From a virus, in the IMG/VR virus record IMGVR_UViG_3300045921_000267, positions 5,100 to 69,099 of that record: DNA of 64,000 nt; one strand, 5' to 3'. The position numbers and the translations under genes were made by a program. This document shows positions 24,869-35,287 of this stretch, in pieces (positions within the stretch are counted from its first letter, which is position 1; every line of letters starts with the position of its first letter). The notes beneath the pieces were generated by a model, which ran no database searches, was not told where the DNA came from, and worked only from the letters and a program-made list of their open reading frames with translations.

Positions 24869-26652
24869 CAGGATCCTCCTGAGACGCGCCCAATCGGACG
24901 CACGAGCGAGACGGCGGTGCGACGCGACACGAGACGTGCGGTCATGTTTTGCGAGAGCACGTCGCCATCAAGCAAGACCTCCGACGATTCGATCGCTTCG
25001 ATGCGCGGGTCGGAGAGGATGGCTTCACGGAAGTTGAGAGCTGCGAGAATCACGTGGTTCAGCGTTCCCTTCGTCCCGACGCTGCGACGCACACCGATGT
25101 CAGGCAAGTAGACCGTCGAGCCGCGCTCCGTTTCGACGGTGATGAGCGTACCCTGCACCACGTTCGGGATGCCTCCGACAGTCTCGGCGTCGAGCGCACC
25201 ATGCGCAACATCCACCTTCAGGTCGAAGATGCCCGTGCGGTCGTAGAGGTCCATGTCGATCGCGAGGTCACGACCGTAGAGCAACACGTCGGCGGGCAAG
25301 TAGCCGGAGCCGACGACGGCGCCCGTGTCGCGGTCACCTGCGTCAGCGACAGGGATCAACACCTCGTCGCCCGGTCCAAGCGTTCCTGCGCCGCCTGCCT
25401 CGGTGAAGTAGGGCGGCGCGAGGTCGTTGATCACGATGATCAGTTCGGGTGGCACTCCATAGCGTTCGGCGAGGCTGCGCAGCGAGTCGGTGCGCGTGAC
25501 GGTCACGCTGATCACTGCGCTGTAGTTGCCGAGGCTCAGGCCAGCATCACCTTCGCTCCCGTACGCGACGCGCGTACGTGTTCCGGCAGTCGCACCAGCA
25601 GTACCATCGAGCACGTCACGCTGCGTGATGCGTCGTTCGCCAGCGAACGCGCTCTCGATCGTGCGCACGCGGTTGTTCCAGTTCTGCTCGAAGCGATCGT
25701 GCCACGCGCAGATGCGCTCGAAGCTCGATTCGAGCTTGCGCATGTTGCGCGCCGCGTTCGCCGTTTCGTCAAGCGGTGCGAGAAGTGCAGCTTGCTCGAA
25801 GTCATCGGCGAGTTGTTCGAGCTGCGCGCAGACGTTCACTGCGAACTGGAACGGGATGTTGATGAAGCCTGCGCCCGTGCGGAGGAAGTTCGAGACTGCA
25901 TTGATCACGCTGCCTGCGTTCAGCATCACTGCTTGCAGGTTGCCGAACACGCCGCGTTGCACGTCATTCGTGAGGAAGACGTTCAAGTCGGCGAAGAAGC
26001 CGCGCGCATCGTTCAGTGCCTTGCTGATGTCACGCAACGCATCCTTGAATGCGTTTGTCTCGCTCGACACGGTACGAGGTGCAAGCACGTCATCGACGAC
26101 GCCGACCGCCGCGAGCGAGATGCGGTAGTCGTAGTGCACGCGCGTACTCTTCGCGTCGCGCGGCGTGGAGAACGAGCGTGGTACGACGATCCAGTGATCA
26201 TCTTCACGCAGCGAGTGAAAGCGCATCTGCGTACGAGGTCCCTGGATGGGATCCTGCTTCAGCGCGTAGTAGCGACGGAAGAGGTTGCGAAGCAAGCGGA
26301 AGTGCTCGTTACCGGAGATGGGGTTGCCGCCCGCCTGCGCGCCCTGGTAGCTGCTCGCGCGCTTCTTCGTGAGGCCGAACGTGCCCTCGATCGTGATCTC
26401 GCGGATGATGGAACCGAACTCCTCGGTCACGACGGAGTTGCCCTGCGTCGGCGTGATCGTGAGCGCATGCGGCTCGTCGAGCGTGTAGAGGCGCGGCGCG
26501 ATGGGAAAGACGAACGTCTCGATCGCGCGCTGAGGTTCGGAGAGTTCGACCAGCTCGAAGACGTAGCCCTGCCTGAACCCGAACTCGACGTCAGAAAGCG
26601 ATGTCGGAGTCGCGCTCGGATCAACACGACCTATGGTGAATGTCTCGGCCAT
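24868..26652 (-). CDS. baseplate protein: tube-initiator-like N-terminus, LysM and gp25-like domain
   Basis: FVFPIAP..EEFG..ITIEGTFG; LysM TDSLRSLAERYG..IIVINDL..GDEVLIP; gp25-like TERGST.YLPDIG..ILSDPRIEAI. Confidence 0.75.
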   Translation of the reverse strand: MAETFTIGRVDPSATPTSLSDVEFGFRQGYVFELVELSEPQRAIETFVFPIAPRLYTLDEPHALTITPTQGNSVVTEEFGSIIREITIEGTFGLTKKRASSYQGAQAGGNPISGNEHFRLLRNLFRRYYALKQDPIQGPRTQMRFHSLREDDHWIVVPRSFSTPRDAKSTRVHYDYRISLAAVGVVDDVLAPRTVSSETNAFKDALRDISKALNDARGFFADLNVFLTNDVQRGVFGNLQAVMLNAGSVINAVSNFLRTGAGFINIPFQFAVNVCAQLEQLADDFEQAALLAPLDETANAARNMRKLESSFERICAWHDRFEQNWNNRVRTIESAFAGERRITQRDVLDGTAGATAGTRTRVAYGSEGDAGLSLGNYSAVISVTVTRTDSLRSLAERYGVPPELIIVINDLAPPYFTEAGGAGTLGPGDEVLIPVADAGDRDTGAVVGSGYLPADVLLYGRDLAIDMDLYDRTGIFDLKVDVAHGALDAETVGGIPNVVQGTLITVETERGSTVYLPDIGVRRSVGTKGTLNHVILAALNFREAILSDPRIEAIESSEVLLDGDVLSQNMTARLVSRRTAVSLVRPIGRVSGGS

Positions 26653-26698
26653 CGCTGGCGAGTATAGCCCGCCGCGTACGAGCGCCCCAAGGTACCGA

Positions 26699-27733
26699 TC
26701 ACGACTTCTTCGTGCGCGCGAGATCCGAAAGCGCGGCGTCGAGATCGGTCTTCGCTTGCATCAACTTGCCCTGAAGTCCGGTGCCGGGTGTCTGGTACGC
26801 CGCGAGAACAGATGCGACTGTGAGTGCTCCGTTCGGAGGTGCCGGAGTCGCCGTGGCGAGCGCACTCGCGAATGCATCGATCGCGTCGATCGCACCCTTC
26901 AGTGCTGCGACTTGATCGTCGCCGAGCGGGATGCGCTGATCTGCGTTCTCGCCGAGATCGACCTTCACCTGCGAGCCGTCCTTCCACACTTCGAGCACGT
27001 CGGCACCGTCCATCTCCACCGTGAAGCGCTTTGAGTTCTTCACGCGGAAGCGAATCTGTCCGACGCTGGCGTTCGCGGTTTCGTCCACCGGGTCGTCGGT
27101 CGCGCCGACGGTCGAGATGAGCACATCGCCCTGCCCGTTGATCCGAAGCTCACTGCCCGCGTGCGAGATGAAGTATTCGTTCCGCCGTGGCGAGCCTTGC
27201 CGGTAGTCGCCTTCTTTCCACCCGAGCGATGCATCGGTGTCGTTCACGGAACCGATCACGCGCCGTCGGTTCTGGTCGTGCGAGAGCGCGCCGGTGATGA
27301 GCGGGCGATCGGGATCGCGCTCCATGAACTCGACCACGACGAGATCGCCATCGAGGTCGGAGTAGAGCGGTGCTTCGCCTTGCGAGGTGCCGCGCGATGA
27401 GCGCGTCGTGAAGTTCACCTCCGCACCCGTCGAGATCACGCGAGTGCTCGGACGCGGAATCCACGGCGCCCACGCGTTGTTGAGCCCGTGATTCATCTGC
27501 TTCACCGGCACACGCGCGAGGCGGAAGTTCGCACGTACGAGCAGTACATCACATTCGACTGCGACACCACTGCGGTTCTCATCCTCGTCGGTGACGTAGG
27601 TGTTCAGCACGATCGCGCGGTACGGCACGTCGGTCGCCATCTGCATCGGCGTCACGAACGCGCTTGGCCTCGCATCGAGGCCAGACTGGATCACCGCGCC
27701 TGAGCGCGTGCGCACTGGTCGGTTGCGTTTCAC
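26699..27733 (-). CDS. baseplate central spike (gpV/gp45-like)
   Basis: OB-fold GDLVVVEFMERDPDRPLITG; position after hub; C-terminal LGDDQ..L helix. Confidence 0.7.
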   Translation of the reverse strand: MKRNRPVRTRSGAVIQSGLDARPSAFVTPMQMATDVPYRAIVLNTYVTDEDENRSGVAVECDVLLVRANFRLARVPVKQMNHGLNNAWAPWIPRPSTRVISTGAEVNFTTRSSRGTSQGEAPLYSDLDGDLVVVEFMERDPDRPLITGALSHDQNRRRVIGSVNDTDASLGWKEGDYRQGSPRRNEYFISHAGSELRINGQGDVLISTVGATDDPVDETANASVGQIRFRVKNSKRFTVEMDGADVLEVWKDGSQVKVDLGENADQRIPLGDDQVAALKGAIDAIDAFASALATATPAPPNGALTVASVLAAYQTPGTGLQGKLMQAKTDLDAALSDLARTKKS

Positions 27734-29673
27734 GGTCGCCTTCCTCCCCGCGTCGTCGGCGGCAGTGGTTCCTCGGCACCGGGGCCCACGAGCGACGTTA
27801 GATCGACCGTGGGATTGTCGCCGGTCGTCGGACGGTCGGGAGACGTGAGTCGGTTGCGCGGATCAAGCATGAGCGCATCCACGAGGATCTCGTTCTTCAC
27901 CGCGCCACGGATCTCGTCGATCGTCACGTCGGTGTCTTCTGCGTCTTCGGGGGGCGAGACCATGCCTATGTCGCTCGCGCCGCCCGTGCGATCGACCGCG
28001 TGGACACCCGCACGGGCGGCGCCCGTGTCGGTCTCGACCACAACGGCGTCCCGCTGGACCACGTTCCCGCCCTCCGAAGGGGCCTCCAAGGCGTCTTCGG
28101 GCGGGATCGGTACGTCAGGGTCCCCCGCAGGCTGCGGAGCCGTGTCGGGGCTGCTGGAGCCCTCCGCGCCGGTATTCGGCACCGTGCCTGCGACCTCGAC
28201 GTCAGAAAGGGTCGAAAGGTCCACGCCCCGGTAGTACGCGTAGACGCGATCGAGGAAGTTGTCGGCCTCGCGTTGCCCGCGCGTGACGGTGAGCGTCGTT
28301 TCGCCTTCCTGCGGGTATTGGTAGCCGTGCTCGACGCCTTCGATGTAGTAGCTCCACACCGAGCCGTCGGCACGTGTTTCGCGGAGCCTCATGCCGATGC
28401 GTGCATCGGGACGCATGCGAGAAAGCGTGATGGTTCCGCTGAACTGGTATGGTGCGACCGCATACCAATCGTGCACGAGCCTACACCAGCGGATCGCGTA
28501 CTGGATGAAACTTGGGTCGCCCTTCTTGCCCGCAGGTAGTTCGAGGTACTTCGACTGCTGCGCGTAACGTCGCACGCCATGCTTGCGCATCGAGTCGAGG
28601 TTGTAGATCGGGATACCGCCGGGTAGGCCGTTGCCCTGCTGCATGAGCGCTTGTGTCTCGGTCGGCCCAGTGCTTACGCCGTTCGGCACGACCTCCCACC
28701 AGTTGAAGCGTGATGCGCCGCCGTCGCCTTGCACGATGCGACGGCGCTTCACGTCGCCTGGTCCGATCTCGATGGTGCGCAGCGCGTTCCATCGGCGCGT
28801 ACTCTTGATCGTCGGAAACGGTCGCTCGCGCAAGTAGAACGTCGGGCGCAGCGCGTCGAGACGATCAGCGCCATCTTCGAGGTCAGGGTCGATTCCGAGA
28901 TCAACCCACATCTCGTTCAGCAAGTTGTGGCTGTATTCTTGAAGTACATCCCACAACGATCGACCCATGAGCGGATCTGGCGAGAGCAGCGTTGGATCGT
29001 TCGCGAGCCTTCCCCGCAGTCCGTCGGAGATGTTACCGAAGTTGATCCAGTCGAAGAGGTAGCGCGCGCCCGTAGGTCCGCCACGCAGCGACGAAGGAAG
29101 CATCCATTGCTTTTCGGCCGTGCCACTGTTGCCGAGCCACATCTGCACGAGCCCACGCACGACTTCGTTCGGCGAGCCGAGCGGGAGCGAAAGATCCGCT
29201 GCCATCGCCGAATAGCTGACGTACTGCGGAATCGGAGGCCCATTCGCGGGCCAGAAGTTCACGAAGAGTTCGAGATGGTCAAAGCACTTGCCAAAGTCGC
29301 GCCCACTGACCGTGTAGGTCACGACCTGCGCACCATCGGGTCCGCGCGAGACCTCTTCCGTGATCGAGTCCACGAGCCCGATCATCAGGTCGTAAACCGA
29401 CCCATTGATGCGCACCTGCACGCGGACCCACACGTCTTCGGGATCGGCATACTGCGAGAGCAGCGGCGGCTGACCAGGCGGCACCTTGATCGAAAGCGAC
29501 CAGGTACCCGCGGCATCGCCGAACTGCTTGTGCGTGCTCGCGGCAACGATGTAACCGAAACCACGTCGTCCTTCACCGACGACGCCATCGAAGCCTTCGT
29601 CGGAATGGAACGACGCGAGCACACGCGTGTGCTCAGCGAACGGTCCTGCACCAGTGAGCGGGCGAAGCCCCAT
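27730..29673 (-). CDS. baseplate hub protein
   Basis: AGTWSLS, VSGRDFGK, NEMWVD, LRERPF, YYIEGVEH..TTLTVTRG; follows tape measure. Confidence 0.75.
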   Translation of the reverse strand: MGLRPLTGAGPFAEHTRVLASFHSDEGFDGVVGEGRRGFGYIVAASTHKQFGDAAGTWSLSIKVPPGQPPLLSQYADPEDVWVRVQVRINGSVYDLMIGLVDSITEEVSRGPDGAQVVTYTVSGRDFGKCFDHLELFVNFWPANGPPIPQYVSYSAMAADLSLPLGSPNEVVRGLVQMWLGNSGTAEKQWMLPSSLRGGPTGARYLFDWINFGNISDGLRGRLANDPTLLSPDPLMGRSLWDVLQEYSHNLLNEMWVDLGIDPDLEDGADRLDALRPTFYLRERPFPTIKSTRRWNALRTIEIGPGDVKRRRIVQGDGGASRFNWWEVVPNGVSTGPTETQALMQQGNGLPGGIPIYNLDSMRKHGVRRYAQQSKYLELPAGKKGDPSFIQYAIRWCRLVHDWYAVAPYQFSGTITLSRMRPDARIGMRLRETRADGSVWSYYIEGVEHGYQYPQEGETTLTVTRGQREADNFLDRVYAYYRGVDLSTLSDVEVAGTVPNTGAEGSSSPDTAPQPAGDPDVPIPPEDALEAPSEGGNVVQRDAVVVETDTGAARAGVHAVDRTGGASDIGMVSPPEDAEDTDVTIDEIRGAVKNEILVDALMLDPRNRLTSPDRPTTGDNPTVDLTSLVGPGAEEPLPPTTRGGRRP

Positions 29674-29676
29674 ACG

Positions 29677-31623
29677 TCACCGCCCAGCCGTGATGTTGAC
29701 CTCATCGAGCACAATCACGCGCGTCGTCGTCTCGACACGCGCAGCACCTCCACCTGGAAGCGGAATGTCGGCTGCGTCGGTCGATTCGGCGCCTGCGAAC
29801 CCTCGACGTGCGGCCCCTCGATCGATCGCACGAGCGGCCTCTTGCCGGAGAGAGCGCACCGTCTCGCCCTCAGGATCGGCGCCTGCGAACTCCAGCACGG
29901 ATGCCGCCGACTCGTTTAGCGCCCACGAGGCAGCGTCAAGTGCATCCATCGCAAGATCACCAGCGCTCATCGGAGCGCCGTTCTCGCCCGTCGGCAGTCC
30001 GACTGCATCCGAGATGGCGCGCCGTAGTTGATCGGGTAGGCCCGAGATCACTTCGGAGAGTCGCGACATGGCGTGTTCGAGCATGCCCATCACGCCACCC
30101 TCCTGGAATGCGTTGAAGAGCCCTCGCACCTCTCGCATGACGCCCTGCGCGAAGCCCTGCACCATCGGTTGGAAGAAGCGGATCATCTGAAGTTCGAGAC
30201 CGCGATACTGCGCGACCGTGCCCGCCATGCCGGCGCCGATGCCCGCGCGGTTCGCTTCGTAGCCTGCTTCCATCTGCGCGGTGCCGAGTGGGCCGCTGAT
30301 CTGCGAGCGCTGGCGCGCAAGGAAGTCTTGCACGAGCGCGTCACCGTCGCCCGTCGCGCCGGTCATGTTCGCGAGGTCGTCGTCGCTCATGTTCGCAAGT
30401 TGGTGCGCTTGCTCGCGCGAGATGTTGATCCCCAAGCGCTGGAACTGCGTGCGCAGCATGGTCTCGAAGCCACGCGTGCCGCGGAAGCGCGAGAGCGATC
30501 CCATCACCGCGCGAAACGCCTCGACGGGGTTGCTTTCGATCGCGCGCGCCGCGGTCTCGTAGTCCTCGCCGTGCGTCGTCATGCGATGTCGAATCGCGAG
30601 CGCGGACATGGCACTCTCGCGGTCGGCTGCGCCCGCAAAGCCGCTCGTGATCGACTGCGCCGCCTGCACGCCGGCTTCGCCGGCGAAAGCCCCTCCCATC
30701 AGTCCGAGTCCGCGCATGAGCGAAAGCGTCTCGCTCACGTTCAGCATGATGCCTTGTGAACGCATCTGCGTGACGCTTGCGCCGATCTGCTGGAGCGCCT
30801 CACCGATCCGCGCCTCACGGAGACCTGCCGAGATCCCGGCCGCGACACCTTCGGTGATGATCGTGCTCGCCTGCTCTTCCGCGTCGAGATCCACACCTCC
30901 CGTACCTGCGAGCACAGAGTTCACGAGCGCCCCGGAGGCTCCGAGGTCGATGCCTCCGAACGTCTGCATGCGCAGCGCGTCCGGTGCGATGCTGCGCAGC
31001 AAGTGCCCACGGACACCACCACTCTGCGCAAGCTGCGCCAGCATACCAGGCAGCTCGGTCGGGCCGATACCAAGGCGCACGCCCGTACCTGCGAGCCCGC
31101 TGTAGTCCCCGATGCCAGTCGCGCCGAACGCGCGCGTGCGAGCGATCTGCTGCGCGGCGAACGACTGGTAGAAGTTCATCGCGCCGCCGACCGCACCAGC
31201 GAAGGCGGGACCGATGACCGGGATCGCGGAGAGCATCTGCGGCAGGAAGCCCTCGCGGTACGGCATCTGCCCCGCGAGTTGGTTGCCACGCATCATGACG
31301 TGCGCGCCGAGTGTGCCTGCGAACGAGCCCTGCGCGCTGCCTGCGCGCGTCTGGTCGCGCATGCGTCGCTCTTCCTCGCGGCGCCTTCGGTCGTCCTCAC
31401 GAGCGCGCGTCGAAGCTCGACGAGCTTGCTCGTCGAGCAGCTTGCCGAGCTTCGTCTGCTGTTCGACCATCTTCATGAGCGCAGCGGTCGAACGCTCCAT
31501 GCTTTTCTCGAAGGCTTCGGCGACCTTCGGGTTGAGCGCTCGCTCCATCGTCGGAGCGAGCTGCCGGAGACCGCGATCGTCTACGCCGATCTCCAGTACG
31601 GTGCGATGTCGCGTCTCCGGCAT
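29677..31623 (-). CDS. tape measure protein
   Basis: Ala/Gly/Met-rich helical protein directly after the chaperones. Confidence 0.8.
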   Translation of the reverse strand: MPETRHRTVLEIGVDDRGLRQLAPTMERALNPKVAEAFEKSMERSTAALMKMVEQQTKLGKLLDEQARRASTRAREDDRRRREEERRMRDQTRAGSAQGSFAGTLGAHVMMRGNQLAGQMPYREGFLPQMLSAIPVIGPAFAGAVGGAMNFYQSFAAQQIARTRAFGATGIGDYSGLAGTGVRLGIGPTELPGMLAQLAQSGGVRGHLLRSIAPDALRMQTFGGIDLGASGALVNSVLAGTGGVDLDAEEQASTIITEGVAAGISAGLREARIGEALQQIGASVTQMRSQGIMLNVSETLSLMRGLGLMGGAFAGEAGVQAAQSITSGFAGAADRESAMSALAIRHRMTTHGEDYETAARAIESNPVEAFRAVMGSLSRFRGTRGFETMLRTQFQRLGINISREQAHQLANMSDDDLANMTGATGDGDALVQDFLARQRSQISGPLGTAQMEAGYEANRAGIGAGMAGTVAQYRGLELQMIRFFQPMVQGFAQGVMREVRGLFNAFQEGGVMGMLEHAMSRLSEVISGLPDQLRRAISDAVGLPTGENGAPMSAGDLAMDALDAASWALNESAASVLEFAGADPEGETVRSLRQEAARAIDRGAARRGFAGAESTDAADIPLPGGGAARVETTTRVIVLDEVNITAGR

Positions 31624-31626
31624 GCT

Positions 31627-32017
31627 TCAGCCTCGCTTCACGGTCACGGGTCGTCTTGGTAGATCGCGAAGAGGGTCCGTCTCCATCAACTCGATCGCGT
31701 CGAACTCGGGGTCGCCCGTGAGGTGCGGGCCTGCGAGAGCTTCTGCTTCTTCGCCACGGATCTCCTTCACCTCAGGAGGTCGCTCGATGCCTGCACGGTC
31801 CTCCGCTGCGCGTTTGATGCGTTCAGCCTTCTCCGCCCTGAGCGCCTCGACGAGCAGCACTTGCCGAAGCGCTTCGTGCAGAGTCAGTCCGGTGAACCGT
31901 TCGTCGCTCGACGGGAGCCTGAAGGTCTCCATCCACATCGCTTCGATCAGGAGCGGAGTGCTCGTCCGAAGCCTCTCGCGCATCTGCTGAAGCGTTGGAA
32001 TCCGGCTCGCCGCGAAA
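31627..32017 (-). CDS. tail assembly chaperone, downstream (GT-like) frame, probably reached by +1 frameshift
   Basis: +1 frame open from CGA TTT CGC (32020-32012): FAASRIPTLQQMRERL...FRLPSSDERF. Confidence 0.65.
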
Positions 32018-32407
32018 TCGACGGGCGTACGCCGTCGCCTCCGAGTAAAGCGCCACGATGGGCGTCACGTCGTAGAACTCCAGCGGCTTCCACCACTTCG
32101 GAAGCCGCTCGCCCTTGTCGCCCTTCTGGATCGTGACGTCGAGGTACGCGATCATCTCGGCCAGCATGATCGCGTTCGTGTCGTTCACGACCGAAACCGG
32201 AAGGAGCAGCGACTTGCGACGCCCGATTTCGATCTCGTCCTTCATCGTGGGCACCTTGAAGACGAAGGCGCCCTGGTAGTGGATGCCGCGCTTGTCGGTG
32301 CAGTCGATCTTCAGTGTCGTGATCGGCGGAAGCTCTTCACCCGTAGGCTCGGAAGCTTCGCGCTCGTCTTCGAAAAGCTCGTGATCGTCAGCCAGCTTGT
32401 TTCGCAT
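31823..32407 (-). CDS. tail assembly chaperone (G-like)
   Basis: Between tube and tape measure; YQGAFVFKVPT..LDVTI..PKWW; GGAGG RBS. Confidence 0.75.
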   Translation of the reverse strand: MRNKLADDHELFEDEREASEPTGEELPPITTLKIDCTDKRGIHYQGAFVFKVPTMKDEIEIGRRKSLLLPVSVVNDTNAIMLAEMIAYLDVTIQKGDKGERLPKWWKPLEFYDVTPIVALYSEATAYARRFRGEPDSNASADAREASDEHSAPDRSDVDGDLQAPVERRTVHRTDSARSASASAARRGAQGGEG

Positions 32408-32445
32408 CTTGCCTCCTCTCGTCGTCAGGCATGACCATCATAGCG

Positions 32446-32486
32446 CAAAAGCAGAGAGCCCGACACCGCGAGGATGCCGGGCTCTC
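32446..32486 (-). terminator. intrinsic terminator after tail tube gene
   Basis: GAGAGCCCGGCATCC-TCGC-GGTGTCGGGCTCTC followed by TGCTTTT; a TATGAT -10-like hexamer follows. Confidence 0.7.
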
Positions 32487-32535
32487 GGTCGCGTATGCGG
32501 CGCAGCGCGTGATCGCTCGTTCGAGCGCACGCCGT

Positions 32536-32970
32536 TCAGGCGATCTCGCTCTCGTCGCGGACGCGGATGCACACGAAGTCCACGTCGGTCATGACGATCC
32601 CGCGCGCGGGGACCGCCTTGCTGTAGCGCTGCGCCTTCACGCGTTCGACGTTCGCGAGCACAGTGCCAGTCGCGCGGTCAAGCAGAGTCGCTGTCATCTC
32701 GGGCGCGTCGAGGATGTCTTCAAGACGCGGGAAGATCCTCACACCGTCGCGCAGCTTGATCGGGTTCGTGATGACCCGAACGAACTGCGCCGAAAGCGAG
32801 CAGCGGTAGCCCGTCGGCACGAACTCGGCGGTTTCGAACTGATCCAGCGGATCGACGGGATCCTGCTGGATCTCTTCCGAGAGCGAGACGTTGGTCGCGT
32901 ACATCACCTTGACGCCTTCGATCAGGAAGATCGCTCGGGCGCCGCTCAGAACCAATCCTCTTCCAGCCAT
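32536..32970 (-). CDS. tail tube protein
   Basis: 144 aa directly after sheath; VLSGARA..EFVPTGY. Confidence 0.8.
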   Translation of the reverse strand: MAGRGLVLSGARAIFLIEGVKVMYATNVSLSEEIQQDPVDPLDQFETAEFVPTGYRCSLSAQFVRVITNPIKLRDGVRIFPRLEDILDAPEMTATLLDRATGTVLANVERVKAQRYSKAVPARGIVMTDVDFVCIRVRDESEIA

Positions 32971-32995
32971 CGTTGCCTCCTACGCCACTTCTCGC

Positions 32996-35272
32996 TCACG
33001 CCGCCGCGCGGAAGCGCGTGAGGTGGATCGTGATGGGGATGAAGTTCGTCGGTTCGACCGGGGCGATCTCGATCGAGACGGGGAACGTGTCGCCGATCTG
33101 ATCGACTTGGAGAGCACGGAACGCGACGATCACCTCATCATCGACCAGACGCGAAGCGACGTCGTTCGCAAGCCCTTTGATCGCGCCTGCGCTGCCGGCG
33201 AGCGAACGCCGCCCGATGCGTTGTTCGAGCGCACTGCGGAACTGGTAGGCGAACTGATCGGCCGACTCGTTCGCGCTCATCTCCGTGTAGATCGGGTTGT
33301 TGTCCGCGATGTGCGTCGTGATCGAGCGGACCCACCGGATCCCCTCGCCCTCGCGCTTCTCCGCGAACATGAGCCCTGCATCGATCATCTCCTCCGCATC
33401 ATCCACGACCGACCACGATGGGTCGTTGCGGATGTCGAGCACGAATGGTTTCTTGTGCGTGAGCGGCTCGCCGATCGGCGAGCCCGCCTGCGCGCCCGCG
33501 CAGATCGCAGCGTGGTAGATGGGTGAGAACCACTTGCGCTCACCAGTGTCGGGATCGAAGCGCTGTACCTCTTGTGCGACCGCGCTGATCGAGCGCGACT
33601 GGATCGCGACGATCTGCGACTTCAAATTCGCGCGCGTCTCGCCCGAGCCATCGGCCTTCGCGAGCCCGATGTAGCCGTTCGCTTCGCTGCGCAGCGTGCC
33701 CGCGCGCAGACGCAAGTGCTGGTTCAGCAACGCGTGCACCGCTGGGTCTCGCGTGAGCGGTACGATGATATTCACGCGCCGCTCACGCAGCAGGCGGAAC
33801 GCCTGCTGCCACTCGTTGATCGTCGGCGTGCCTTCGCTACCCCCGGTGAGGTAGACCGGAGCGGTGAGGTTCGCTGGCACGAGGCGCCCATTCGGCGCCG
33901 CGACGCGCTCCGCGCTCACGAGCAGCGAGCCGGTGTTCAGCGCGACGATGAACTCGTAGAGGTCGGCGAAGAACTCGCCAGCGATCGCCTGGATGCTCAC
34001 CGCGGTTGCGCGATCCATGTCACGCGAGAGGAACGTCGTCGGGTTCGACGCGAGCGGCGTCGCCAGAAGGCCGGGCAGCACGTTCACTGCATCGACGATG
34101 CGCTGCACCGTCGAGAAGGTCGCGTAGAGCAGCGTGAAGAGGCGCACCGCGAGCGTCACGGTGCGTGCTGCTGGTACGTCGCCGAGCACGAGGTACTTCA
34201 ACCGCGTGCCTGCGCCCGTGAGCGTGATCGGCGTCGCGGAGGAGAGATCGACGCGTTGCATCAACTCGGCACCACTCGCCGCCGTCGTCACCACGATTGC
34301 GTTCGCACCCGGGCTGCCGACATCGATGGCGATCGTGCTCGCGCTCGGCACGATCGGTGCGTTCGTCATCACCACCATGCCGCGCGTGAGCACGGCGGGT
34401 GGGAGGGTGAAGAGCGTCACCGGGACCGTGCTGCGCACCGTGATGGTGCCAGCCGTCGCTGCGCTCTTCACGCAGCCAAGCACCGACGCGAACGTCGCGG
34501 AACCGGCAACGGGCGTGGTGCCGTTCAGCGTACGCGTCTCGACGATGGGGTTGTTCGAACTGTCGAGCCCGTAGACCGTCACCTGCTGCGTCGTGTCACC
34601 CGCTGCACTGGAGAGATACTCCACGATGCCAGGCGGGGTGATGTCGGCGCTTCGCTGCGAGTCGAGACCTGGACTCGCCTTCGTGCCGTTCGCGCGGAAG
34701 TCGGTCGTGCCGAAGAGCGCAGTCACGCCCGTGTAGCCCTCGGCTCCCGGCGTGTACTGGACGGTGAGCTTCGCGTCTCCGCCCACGTCATCGAAGCTCT
34801 CGGTCTGATCCTCGAACACGAGCGTGATGAGCTTGCCGGTGTTCGTGCCCGGCTGGACGTCCACGTTGATCTGCGTGGTGAAGAGCCCGTAGTCGCGCGA
34901 CGTGAGCACGACGGCTGGGTCATTGTTCGCATCGTTGAGCGTCACTTGCGACTGCGTGGCTGGGTTCACCTTCACCGCGACGATCCGCTGCGCGCCTCCT
35001 GGGATGGCGTCATCGTTCGCAGGCTCGAACGCAAAGAAGCCCGCCGTGCGCAGCGGCGAACCCGGACGGTAGCGCGTGATGAGCGAGTCACTCCGCGTGT
35101 GGTCACTGTCCTCGGGAGCGATGGAGAGCGGCTTGCCGCCTTCCGCCGTGCCGATCAGCGCGACGATGCCGACTGCGGCCGGCGAGACGGTCGAGAGACC
35201 GCTCACATCGAGTCGCGAGTAGGCGCCGGGGATGTTGATTCGACGCCCGCCGAAGAAGATCGAGGTTGCCAT
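32996..35272 (-). CDS. tail sheath protein
   Basis: IPGAYS, ALIGTAEGGKP, KVNPATQS, SRDYG, LTGGSEG, IGEPLTHK, RSITTH, PTNFIPIT. Confidence 0.95.
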   Translation of the reverse strand: MATSIFFGGRRINIPGAYSRLDVSGLSTVSPAAVGIVALIGTAEGGKPLSIAPEDSDHTRSDSLITRYRPGSPLRTAGFFAFEPANDDAIPGGAQRIVAVKVNPATQSQVTLNDANNDPAVVLTSRDYGLFTTQINVDVQPGTNTGKLITLVFEDQTESFDDVGGDAKLTVQYTPGAEGYTGVTALFGTTDFRANGTKASPGLDSQRSADITPPGIVEYLSSAAGDTTQQVTVYGLDSSNNPIVETRTLNGTTPVAGSATFASVLGCVKSAATAGTITVRSTVPVTLFTLPPAVLTRGMVVMTNAPIVPSASTIAIDVGSPGANAIVVTTAASGAELMQRVDLSSATPITLTGAGTRLKYLVLGDVPAARTVTLAVRLFTLLYATFSTVQRIVDAVNVLPGLLATPLASNPTTFLSRDMDRATAVSIQAIAGEFFADLYEFIVALNTGSLLVSAERVAAPNGRLVPANLTAPVYLTGGSEGTPTINEWQQAFRLLRERRVNIIVPLTRDPAVHALLNQHLRLRAGTLRSEANGYIGLAKADGSGETRANLKSQIVAIQSRSISAVAQEVQRFDPDTGERKWFSPIYHAAICAGAQAGSPIGEPLTHKKPFVLDIRNDPSWSVVDDAEEMIDAGLMFAEKREGEGIRWVRSITTHIADNNPIYTEMSANESADQFAYQFRSALEQRIGRRSLAGSAGAIKGLANDVASRLVDDEVIVAFRALQVDQIGDTFPVSIEIAPVEPTNFIPITIHLTRFRAAA

Positions 35273-35287
35273 CGGGTCAGTCCTCCA

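Noticed and set aside
23465-35272. Tailocin or extracellular contractile injection system
   Set aside because: Terminase, portal, protease, capsid and replication genes are present, so this is a phage.
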